Below are positions 17,615-26,058 of a stretch of DNA of 32,219 nt, piece after piece. Location: sequence record SRR20825019_1366. The stretch is one strand, 5' to 3'. The notes beneath the pieces are model-generated. The model worked only from the letters and a program-made list of their open reading frames with translations, did no database searches and was not told the DNA's origin. The translations under genes and the position numbers were made by a program. The stretch's first letter is position 1. Every line of letters begins with the position of its first letter.

Positions 17615-19021
17615 TTAATCCATTTTAGCGTTCTCCAATAATTTCTGAATTCGTTTTTTGGAAAACACCTGATTTCCCTTGATCACGGAGTAAATCTTCT
17701 GTGTATTTTGGATGTTTTCCAATGGATTGGCATCCAAAATAACCAAATCGGAGACTTTTCCTTTGGAAATTTCTCCATAATCATCCGTTTGACTTAAGAA
17801 TTTTGCTCCGTTTGGACAAGAGGTTCGCAGTGCATCGAGAGGTGATATCCCGTTCGCTACCATGGCCTGTAATTCCTTGTGCAAGGAAATACCAGGATAG
17901 GCATAAGAGTTGAACGCCCCGCTGTCCGACCCAGCCAATAATTGAACTCCAGCGGAATCAAGCGATTTCGCCAATTCGCCAAAAAAAGCATCCAATCGCT
18001 TTCTATTTTCACTGGCTTCTTCGGATGAATTTAATGCTGATTGTATTCTTCCTTGATAGGTTTGTATGATACCATCACCCATGTATTGAAGATACTCATC
18101 GTTGCTATGGTCCACCTCGTCCAAATAACTCAATGTTTCCCCAATGTGAAGGGTCGGAACTACAAAAACATCATTTTCTTTTAACGTATTAAAGGTTTTG
18201 TGCGCAGTGCTGTCCGCATAACCTTCCATAAGGGCTGGCATGGCGTCCCAAAAACCAATTTCACCCTGACTCAGCTTCTCGGTAATTTCCATTTCATTGC
18301 TGGCACAGCCTTTCATAATGTAGTAGAGGTGCTCAATGCCATCCATCCCTGCGTATATAGTCTCTTCCAAGGTTACAGTGAACGGCATATGCCCAGAAAC
18401 GGTAAATCCTCTTTTCTTGGCTTCTCTTATTGCTGCCAAGTAGCTGTCAGGTGAAATTCTACTGTCATAAATTTTTACAAAGTCCACGTTTAAAGATTCT
18501 AGCGAATCCAATGCTTGGACAACATCATCTTCCGTTTCCACTTCCAAGGAACCTGCCCATCTACTATTGGGACCATCTATTTTTGGTCCAGCGGTAAAGA
18601 TTGTGGGGCCAACCAACTCTTCTGAGGCAATTTGATTTTTCCAGTCCATAACGGAATAGGTGAGGTCGCCGCCTGCATCACGAACTGTGGTAATGCCATT
18701 GGCAATGAACAGTTTTAGAAAGTTCTTGTTGTTTTTGATCAAAGTATCACCTCCCCGTAAATGGATATGATTGTCCCAAAACCCAGGTAGAATGTACTTT
18801 CCAGAGGCGTCGATGGTGGAATCAGCCTTAAAATTGCTTGAACCTTCAGTTTCTACGGCCTCAATCTTACCATTGGATACCAAGATATTTTGGGTTTCAA
18901 TTTTTCCGGTTTCCAGATGGATGACCTGTGCATTGGTAATTGCGAGATCGTAATGGTTGATAGTTTCCTTCTTACAGCTGGCGATTATGAAGAGAAGGGA
19001 TAAAAGTAAAGGTCTAATCAT
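17615..19021 (-). CDS. Amidohydrolase family lipoprotein
   Basis: Lipobox IASC; PGFWDNHIH, GITTVRD, VKIY, SGH, IEH, AGSD, DLVILDANPL. Confidence 0.9.
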   Translation of the reverse strand: MIRPLLLSLLFIIASCKKETINHYDLAITNAQVIHLETGKIETQNILVSNGKIEAVETEGSSNFKADSTIDASGKYILPGFWDNHIHLRGGDTLIKNNKNFLKLFIANGITTVRDAGGDLTYSVMDWKNQIASEELVGPTIFTAGPKIDGPNSRWAGSLEVETEDDVVQALDSLESLNVDFVKIYDSRISPDSYLAAIREAKKRGFTVSGHMPFTVTLEETIYAGMDGIEHLYYIMKGCASNEMEITEKLSQGEIGFWDAMPALMEGYADSTAHKTFNTLKENDVFVVPTLHIGETLSYLDEVDHSNDEYLQYMGDGIIQTYQGRIQSALNSSEEASENRKRLDAFFGELAKSLDSAGVQLLAGSDSGAFNSYAYPGISLHKELQAMVANGISPLDALRTSCPNGAKFLSQTDDYGEISKGKVSDLVILDANPLENIQNTQKIYSVIKGNQVFSKKRIQKLLENAKMD

Positions 19022-19045
19022 TTTAGTTTGGTTTATTATAATCCT

Positions 19046-19053
19046 TAAAGATA
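19046..19053 (-). promoter_or_regulatory. Putative -7 promoter element (TATCTTTA) for the amidohydrolase pair
   Basis: TAnnTTTG variant 25 bp upstream of ATG 19021. Confidence 0.45.
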
Positions 19054-19096
19054 CCTGATTTTTTATTTCCTATCCCTTTGGGTTTTTCCGATTTTT

Positions 19097-20377
19097 TTGG
19101 TGATTTTTAACCAAATACAAGTTTTGAAGGAAACAAAACCAAGCTGGCTCTATTTATTATTGTTGATTCTCTCGGGAGAGGCCATCTTTATCCTTCCTTT
19201 TGTGCTACCACGTGTTTTTAGGCCCACGGTTCTGGATGTTTTGGAGTTGGACAACGTAGAGTTAGGACTCTGCTTTTCGGTTTACGGACTGGTTGCTATG
19301 GTTTCTTATATTTTGGGCGGTCCATTGGCCGACAAGTACCAGCCTAGAAAGTTGATAGCCATTGCTTTGTGGATGACCGCATTGGGCGGTTTTCTGTTCG
19401 CTCAATATCCAGATTTGTGGGTACTTCAGGTGTTGTATGGTTGGTGGGGATTTACCACGATTTTTCTTTTTTGGGCGCCCATGATCAAGGCCACAAGGAT
19501 TTGGGGAGGAAGCGATTCCCAAGGTAAGGCTTTTGGATTTTTGGATGGTGGTCGTGGACTTACGGGTGCCCTGTTCAGTTTATTGGGTGTGGTCGTGTTT
19601 TCGTTTTTTTTGTCCGAGTCTTTGGATATGGCGAGTTTGGATAGCCGTAAAGAAGCATTTACATATGTACTCTACTTAACATCCATAATCATTATTCTGG
19701 TGGGGGTTTTGGTCTGGTTTTTTATGAAAACGGGTAAAAACGAAGAAGAAGCAACCCTTGACCAGATTTCTTGGGGAGATATCAAACAGGTTTTAAAATT
19801 GCCCTCTGTTTGGCTTTTGATGGTGATTATTCTTTGTGGTTACGTGGGGTATAAGATTACGGACATCATATCTCAATATGCGGAAGAGGTGATGCTGTAC
19901 AACCAAGTGGATTCTGCCAAAGTGGGCACTTTGTTGCAATTCCTTCGCCCGGCCACTGGTATTTTGGTGGGTTTGATAGCCGATAAACTGAAGATTACCT
20001 GGCTTCTGTTCATGAGTTTTGTATTAACCTTGATTGGAGGTGTATTGTTTGCCAGTGGACTAATTGCACCTACCACAATGCTTTTGTTCTTTATGTCGGT
20101 GGTTGTGATAGCGGCAGGTGTATACGCTATAAGAGCTTTATACTTTGGTGTAATGCAGTCAGGAAAGATACCGATTACGTTCACAGGAACTGCTGTGGGA
20201 CTCATTTCGTTGGTAGGATACACTCCTGATGTGTTCGCTGGACCAGCTTATGGTATGCTATTGGACGCACATCCCGGAGAAGAACTGGGTCACCAACATG
20301 TTTTTTGGATGTTGAGTGCCTTTGCTTTTGTTGGCGGTTTAGCCGCATGGGTCTATCACAGAAAATATGGTAGATGA
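19097..20377 (+). CDS. MFS transporter (start codon uncertain, may lie slightly downstream)
   Basis: About 12 TM segments; motif A GPLADKYQPRK and its repeat GLIADK. Confidence 0.9.
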   Translation: MVIFNQIQVLKETKPSWLYLLLLILSGEAIFILPFVLPRVFRPTVLDVLELDNVELGLCFSVYGLVAMVSYILGGPLADKYQPRKLIAIALWMTALGGFLFAQYPDLWVLQVLYGWWGFTTIFLFWAPMIKATRIWGGSDSQGKAFGFLDGGRGLTGALFSLLGVVVFSFFLSESLDMASLDSRKEAFTYVLYLTSIIIILVGVLVWFFMKTGKNEEEATLDQISWGDIKQVLKLPSVWLLMVIILCGYVGYKITDIISQYAEEVMLYNQVDSAKVGTLLQFLRPATGILVGLIADKLKITWLLFMSFVLTLIGGVLFASGLIAPTTMLLFFMSVVVIAAGVYAIRALYFGVMQSGKIPITFTGTAVGLISLVGYTPDVFAGPAYGMLLDAHPGEELGHQHVFWMLSAFAFVGGLAAWVYHRKYGR

Positions 20378-20381
20378 TTTT

Positions 20382-20951
20382 CTAATTCCTGTATTTGATG
20401 TTTTTTTCTGAAAAGGCGATGATCTCCTTTATTCTTTTACTTCGTGTTTCTTCCCGTTTAGCCTGATTAAGCCACATGAGATACCCTTTTCGTTGCCCTA
20501 CGGTGAAATTCTGAAAGTTGGTGTGGGCATTTGGCTTCTTTTTAAATGCCTTTTGTAGATCCTCGGGAACCACACCATTTTCGGCATCATCCAACACGGT
20601 CCAAGAACCGTTTTCCTTGGCAATTTCAATCGCGTTTAACCCACTTTGGTGCATCAACCCACTGTCTAACAAATCCTTTATGTAATCCTTGTTCACCTTA
20701 CTCCATGTACTCTTCGGTTTTCTTGGGCAGAAGTATTGTTTGCGCTTGCCATCTCCTAAACTTCTTACGGTACTGTCTATCCAACCGTAGCACAGGGCCA
20801 CCTTTACGGCCTCTTCCCAACGCATACTTTCTTTATGGTGTTCCACCTTGTAGAAGATAAGATGGATGCCAGTGTATGAGCTATGGTTTTCATGAAGCCA
20901 ATCGCGCCACTCCTCATCATTTTTAAAATAATGCTCCGGGTGCTTCTCCAA
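20382..20951 (-). CDS. YdeI/OmpD-associated family protein
   Basis: WRDWLHENH, ALCYGWIDS, PRKPKSTWSKVN, AKREETRSKRI; TTG start 1 bp after the upstream stop. Confidence 0.9.
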   Translation of the reverse strand: MEKHPEHYFKNDEEWRDWLHENHSSYTGIHLIFYKVEHHKESMRWEEAVKVALCYGWIDSTVRSLGDGKRKQYFCPRKPKSTWSKVNKDYIKDLLDSGLMHQSGLNAIEIAKENGSWTVLDDAENGVVPEDLQKAFKKKPNAHTNFQNFTVGQRKGYLMWLNQAKREETRSKRIKEIIAFSEKNIKYRN

Positions 20952-20952
20952 A

Positions 20953-22566
20953 TCAGATTTTTTTGGTCTCTATGTAAAAGTTTTTATCAAAAACCACTTG
21001 GGTTCCATCCAATTTTTCGGTTTTCCATTCACTATTGGGGAACAACCACTTTTCGGAACCATCAATAAATACCCGAACAGGCATGTCAAAGTCTTGCACT
21101 ACATCTGTGTATCTGAACTTAATCTCGTCTCCTTCCAACTTGTATTCCAAATTAGGAATCATTGTTGTTCGGAGATATTGATTAAAGAATGCGGATAAAT
21201 CTTTGCCCGTATGTTTGCTGAGGTAACCCTCAATTTCTTTGGTGGTCACTGTTTTGTGATAGAAATCTTTATTCAATCCTCTTAAGATTTGGCGCCATTT
21301 ATCATCATCCTCCACCAATTGGCGAAGTGTATGCAACATGTTGGCGCCTTTGTAGTACATATCTCCAGAACCGGATTTGTTGACTCCGTAGGTTCCGATA
21401 ATGGGACTGTCGTTCTGAATATTGCTTCGTGTTCCTACAACATAAGCTTCAGATGCTTTTGTACCAAAATGATAGTCTAGGTACAGGTTTTCCGAGTATG
21501 CGGTAAATCCTTCATGAATCCACATATCCGCAATATCCTTATAGGTGATGTTATTGGCAAACCATTCATGTCCCGCTTCGTGTATTATGATAAAATCAAA
21601 CTGCAAACCCCAACCGGTTCCGGACAGGTCTCTTCCCAAATATCCGTTCTCGAACTTGTTTCCATAGGTAACGGAGCTTTGGTGTTCCATGCCTAAATAG
21701 GGAACTTCCACGAGTTTAAAACCATCCTCATAAAAGGGGTAGGGACCAAACCAATGTTCAAAGGCCTGGAGCATCATCGGAGCTTGTACAAACTGCTTTT
21801 TGGCCTTCTCTAAATTTTCTGGCAATACATAGTAATCTAGTTTCAAAGGACCTTTTTCACCTTCGAAAACTTCATCAAAATGGACATAGTTTCCAATATT
21901 GACATTTACTCCATAATTATTGATGGGGTTTTTTACTACCCAATTGTAGGTTTTGAATTCATCTATTTCCTCAACGCTTTCCAGTTGTCCGTTGGAAACA
22001 TCCATTAGTTCTTTGGGAACGGTAACACTAATGCGCATACTGTCCACTTCGTCGTACATGTGGTCTTTGTTGGGCCACCAAACGCTTGCACCAAGTCCTT
22101 GGCAGGATGTAGCCACAAAGGGATTACCATTCTTATCCTGTTTCCAAGAGAAACCACCGTCCCAAGGTGCACGAACAGCTTCCCGTGGTTGTCCCGAATA
22201 TGTGATTTTAACTTCGTTGAATTCGCCAAGAACCTGTTTTTTCTTTAGTTTGATGAAATGCGCATTGCCTTCTGAAGTGAACTTCAATTTTTTTCCATCT
22301 TGCTCAATGGACTCAATCTTCATGGGTTCTTGAAGATCAATTTGAAGTGTTTTGGCTTCTTCCAAAACTTTATACCTTACCACGTTATAGCCCGAAATAA
22401 ACTTCTTTGAAGGCTCGATTTTAACGTTGAGGTCGTAGTGATTCAAGTCCCACCATGCCCTTTCAGGTGTAATACTGCCCCTTAAAGTATCTTGTCTTGT
22501 AAGTTCTTGGGCGTTAATGGACCATACCCCGAGTATAAGGGCAAAAAGAATTAAACTTTTTTTCAT
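20953..22566 (-). CDS. M1-family zinc aminopeptidase, secreted
   Basis: GMEHQ, HEAGHEW, WIHEGF, YYKGA. Confidence 0.94.
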   Translation of the reverse strand: MKKSLILFALILGVWSINAQELTRQDTLRGSITPERAWWDLNHYDLNVKIEPSKKFISGYNVVRYKVLEEAKTLQIDLQEPMKIESIEQDGKKLKFTSEGNAHFIKLKKKQVLGEFNEVKITYSGQPREAVRAPWDGGFSWKQDKNGNPFVATSCQGLGASVWWPNKDHMYDEVDSMRISVTVPKELMDVSNGQLESVEEIDEFKTYNWVVKNPINNYGVNVNIGNYVHFDEVFEGEKGPLKLDYYVLPENLEKAKKQFVQAPMMLQAFEHWFGPYPFYEDGFKLVEVPYLGMEHQSSVTYGNKFENGYLGRDLSGTGWGLQFDFIIIHEAGHEWFANNITYKDIADMWIHEGFTAYSENLYLDYHFGTKASEAYVVGTRSNIQNDSPIIGTYGVNKSGSGDMYYKGANMLHTLRQLVEDDDKWRQILRGLNKDFYHKTVTTKEIEGYLSKHTGKDLSAFFNQYLRTTMIPNLEYKLEGDEIKFRYTDVVQDFDMPVRVFIDGSEKWLFPNSEWKTEKLDGTQVVFDKNFYIETKKI

Positions 22567-22576
22567 TGTTTTTTTG

Positions 22577-23908
22577 TTATCTGAATACTTTATTTGGAAA
22601 AACTACAGGACTTTCATGTCCATTTTTACCTATGGCCGCAACACCAAAAAAGAAATTATCTATCACAACACCATCTAAGGTGTGTTCGGTTACATTGCCC
22701 ACATATTTGTAATTGTCCCAAGTAGGAGAGGTAGTGTCCCTCCAATAAATTTTATAGCCAACGGCACCATCTACCTCGCTCCAGCGCAATTTGGCACTGG
22801 GTTCAACAATGCCTCCGATTTCTACCGTTTCCGGTGCAGGGGGAGCCCAAGCAATGGAAGCTAGGTTGATAGCATTTACCGCAGTAAGTTTTTTGGCGTA
22901 TTCAAAGTTTACGTGCTCCAAAACATCACCGTAGGCAATACCATTTTCCTCGCGTATATCTTGATGTTGCTGTGTGTAGTTTTCATGGGCTTCCATAATT
23001 CGGATTCCTGCATATCCGGCGTCGTTGAAAGGTCTATGGTGTCCACCTCTACCGAATCTATCTAGGCGATAGATCATCATGGGGTTCATTTCTGGCATAT
23101 AGGTTTTAGTGGTTTTGTAAACATAGCGTGCCAGCTGACGTGAAATACCATCAACCTCTCCACCATAAAAACGTCTGGCTCTTCTTTGTTCTTCTGTTTC
23201 GGTTGGGGGCACAGGTTCAGAGAATATTCTAAAATCCCGGTTGCTCACAACACCATCGACGCCCGTAATATTACCGATCATATCATTATTTAGTATACCC
23301 ACAATATCCCATTCTTTTTTCTTGGCATACTCGGCAAGGCCTTTTCCTCCGTAAAGTCCTTGTTCTTCGCCGGAGAGGCCTACGAAAATGATGCTGCTCT
23401 CGAATTTGTATTTTGATAATACCCTAGCGGCCTCAATAGTCCCGGCCATTCCACTGGCATTGTCGTTGGCTCCAGGGGAATCCGAAGTATAGTTGGTAGG
23501 GTCGCTTACACGGGAATCAATATCCCCGCTCATGATGATAAATCTGTTTGGAAATTTGGTCCCACGCTGGATGGCAACCACGTTCACAATTTCCACATCT
23601 TTTACGATTCGGGCATTGTCACCTTTTTCGATTAGATTTTTTTGATAAAAAACCTCTAAACAATCTCCACAATCGGAAGAAATTTTATCAAACTCTGACT
23701 TGATCCATCTTCTGGCGGCACCAATCCCTCTAGTCTGGGAAACCGTATCGCTCAAGGTATGTCTGGTTCCAAAATTGACCAAGGTGGTAACATCAGATTC
23801 GATACGTTCCGACGAAACCGCATTGATAATGTCATAAATTCTGGTATCGGTCTGCGCATAAATTGTTGTAGTGAAAACCACAAATAGCAAGGGGAATATT
23901 TTTCTCAT
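22577..23908 (-). CDS. M28-family metallopeptidase with C-terminal FN3-like domain
   Basis: Start MRKIFPLL at 23908; PGANDNASG, GEEQGLYG, NNDMIG, GHHRPF. Confidence 0.9.
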   Translation of the reverse strand: MRKIFPLLFVVFTTTIYAQTDTRIYDIINAVSSERIESDVTTLVNFGTRHTLSDTVSQTRGIGAARRWIKSEFDKISSDCGDCLEVFYQKNLIEKGDNARIVKDVEIVNVVAIQRGTKFPNRFIIMSGDIDSRVSDPTNYTSDSPGANDNASGMAGTIEAARVLSKYKFESSIIFVGLSGEEQGLYGGKGLAEYAKKKEWDIVGILNNDMIGNITGVDGVVSNRDFRIFSEPVPPTETEEQRRARRFYGGEVDGISRQLARYVYKTTKTYMPEMNPMMIYRLDRFGRGGHHRPFNDAGYAGIRIMEAHENYTQQHQDIREENGIAYGDVLEHVNFEYAKKLTAVNAINLASIAWAPPAPETVEIGGIVEPSAKLRWSEVDGAVGYKIYWRDTTSPTWDNYKYVGNVTEHTLDGVVIDNFFFGVAAIGKNGHESPVVFPNKVFR

Positions 23909-23909
23909 A

Positions 23910-24527
23910 TTAAAAAGCGTTGGTTTTTTTCTGAAAGAATGAAGCGTGAAAATAACAAAAAGGGCCCAAAAGTGCATACACAATACCTGGAAGACCGTAA
24001 TATAATCCCAATTGAAGTTTGGCAACTATAATTGAAATAAGGGCAACAAGTACAAATAACCCAAAATGCCGGGCATAAAAAAGATGTGTCATATTGCTAT
24101 TGTTGGCTTTTTTGTAGACCCTTAAATACATAAGTGCATAGCAGGTGAAGATAAGAAGGAACCCAAGACTGTAAAGTTGGAACAGCGAAGAAAATTCATC
24201 TGCATTGATCTGAAGTGCTCCCGTCCACGAATTGATCAAGGATTTTATGGGGAAAATGTAGTAGAGTATCAAAAACAGCAGAACTGCATTGAGGGCGATA
24301 ATCCAATTATCCATGTAACTGGTCCTTCGAAAAAAGTTATAGTGCACCGACCACAATCCAACCAGGGCAAAAAAACTGACACCAAAACTCAAGAACACCA
24401 ACCAGTCCACTTGAAGTATGGAACTTTTGGACTGAGTGCCCACCGAAACCACCAGCAATGTAGCGGCAAAAGCAAAAACCCCATCGCTAAAGGCTTCAAT
24501 TCTGCTTCTATTGTGGGGTAGCTTCAT
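23910..24527 (-). CDS. TMEM175-family (DUF1211) potassium channel
   Basis: RIEAFSDGVFAFAATLL (RxxxFSD signature), WSVH, six TM segments. Confidence 0.9.
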   Translation of the reverse strand: MKLPHNRSRIEAFSDGVFAFAATLLVVSVGTQSKSSILQVDWLVFLSFGVSFFALVGLWSVHYNFFRRTSYMDNWIIALNAVLLFLILYYIFPIKSLINSWTGALQINADEFSSLFQLYSLGFLLIFTCYALMYLRVYKKANNSNMTHLFYARHFGLFVLVALISIIVAKLQLGLYYGLPGIVYALLGPFCYFHASFFQKKTNAF

Positions 24528-24531
24528 TGGG

Positions 24532-26058
24532 TTATTGAATAAACGTGACCTTGGTAATTTCTCCGTTTGTTACCTCGTAAATGGCAATGGCCCTAACCAA
24601 ATTTCCATTTACCGTTACCGACTCATAATCTATGACTTTGTTGCCGATTACGATTCTGTTTACGATCTCACAGTTCAAATCCGGTGTGTTGTTAAAAAAA
24701 GAACTGTACTGTTGTTTCAGTTTTGAAATGCCTTTTGAGTTGAGCTTTTTTGGAAATTGATATAGTTCTACATCTTGGGCATAGGTTCCGGCAAAGGCGT
24801 CGATATCTCTTTCGTTGTATGCTTTCAATTGTTCTTGAACCACACTTTCAGCATCTGTTAAGGGGCCATCTGGAAAAATAAAGGTCATTGATGTGACCAG
24901 TCCATTCTCTACTGTGTATATGGCGACTTGGCGTCCCTCTCTTCCATCCACTTGGGTAATTTCCTCATCCACAACGGTATTGCCTAGAACGATTCGGTTA
25001 ACGACTTCCACGCTCGAGGATTTGACATTCTCAAAAAAACGTTCATAGTTTTCCCTCATTTTGTTTCTCCCTTGATACATTCTATCGTTTGGAAAACGTT
25101 GTACCACAACACCTTCCGAAAAACAGGAGACAAAGGCATCTAGGTTTTGATTGTTAAAAGACTCCACTTGTTTTTGAATTATCTTTGATGGTGAATCCTC
25201 TGCTACAAATGCCAATCGTTTGCCGTTCGGGCTAATTGCAATTCGACTTATATTATTGATTTCCTCCTGTGGGAATGCAATAATGGTCTTCCACGTAGCA
25301 TTTTCTGAATCAATGTTCAATGTCAAAAGCCGTTTACCTGCACCAGTGATGATGGTATTTTCATCCAACCAACAAATGTCTTCTTCATTGTCAAACGTGT
25401 TCGTTATTTTTTTTGATTCCCCGGTAATCGGGTCAAGGGATAAAATTTCCCAAGCATTGTTTCTTTTCCCTATAAAGCTCACTAAATCTGAACCGGGAAT
25501 TTTGTGCAAAGACCTTCCCACGTTTTGGTAAACCGTTTTTTGGGTGTTGTCTTCCAGATTGATAACCTTTAGGTCCATTCGGTTTTCAACCAAAACCGTT
25601 GCAACCAAAATATGCTTGTTGTACCAAACATGATAACCAATTTTTAAATCGGTTATAGGGGTAGACTCACGTGATTTAAAGTCGTATTGGTATAACCGTT
25701 GTAACCCATCGACATCCAAGCGAATAGCAGAAAATGCATTTTCTCCGGGAATACGCAGAGGTGAATATTCGCTTCCTGCGGTAGTATAGGTCAGCCAAGA
25801 GGATGTGCTTCCTTCGTCAACATTAAATCGAAGAATGTCTGTTTGGTCCTTTCTGGTTGAAGCGAACAAAACACTACCGTTGTCCCAAAAAGAAGGCTGA
25901 TTGTCATAACCTGCGTTATTGGAAATATTTTTAGGATTGGTCAATATGGGCTTTCCGTTATTCATAGAAAGGTCAAAAAGGTAGACCTCTGTTTCGGTTT
26001 GTGACCATCCATGGGCGCATACCAGTAAAAAACAAATAGCGAAAAGCGTTCGTGTCAT
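24532..26058 (-). CDS. Secreted TolB-like beta-propeller fused to two NTF2/SnoaL-like domains
   Basis: Signal peptide; GYDNQPSF, SEYSP, GYHVW, ISPNGKRLAFV; two repeats with NxxxxDAF and VNRIVxGNxVxD. Confidence 0.8.
   Translation of the reverse strand: MTRTLFAICFLLVCAHGWSQTETEVYLFDLSMNNGKPILTNPKNISNNAGYDNQPSFWDNGSVLFASTRKDQTDILRFNVDEGSTSSWLTYTTAGSEYSPLRIPGENAFSAIRLDVDGLQRLYQYDFKSRESTPITDLKIGYHVWYNKHILVATVLVENRMDLKVINLEDNTQKTVYQNVGRSLHKIPGSDLVSFIGKRNNAWEILSLDPITGESKKITNTFDNEEDICWLDENTIITGAGKRLLTLNIDSENATWKTIIAFPQEEINNISRIAISPNGKRLAFVAEDSPSKIIQKQVESFNNQNLDAFVSCFSEGVVVQRFPNDRMYQGRNKMRENYERFFENVKSSSVEVVNRIVLGNTVVDEEITQVDGREGRQVAIYTVENGLVTSMTFIFPDGPLTDAESVVQEQLKAYNERDIDAFAGTYAQDVELYQFPKKLNSKGISKLKQQYSSFFNNTPDLNCEIVNRIVIGNKVIDYESVTVNGNLVRAIAIYEVTNGEITKVTFIQ

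Noticed and set aside
23909-24025. N-terminal extension of the M28 ORF
   Set aside because: It overlaps TMEM175; the signal peptide starts at 23908
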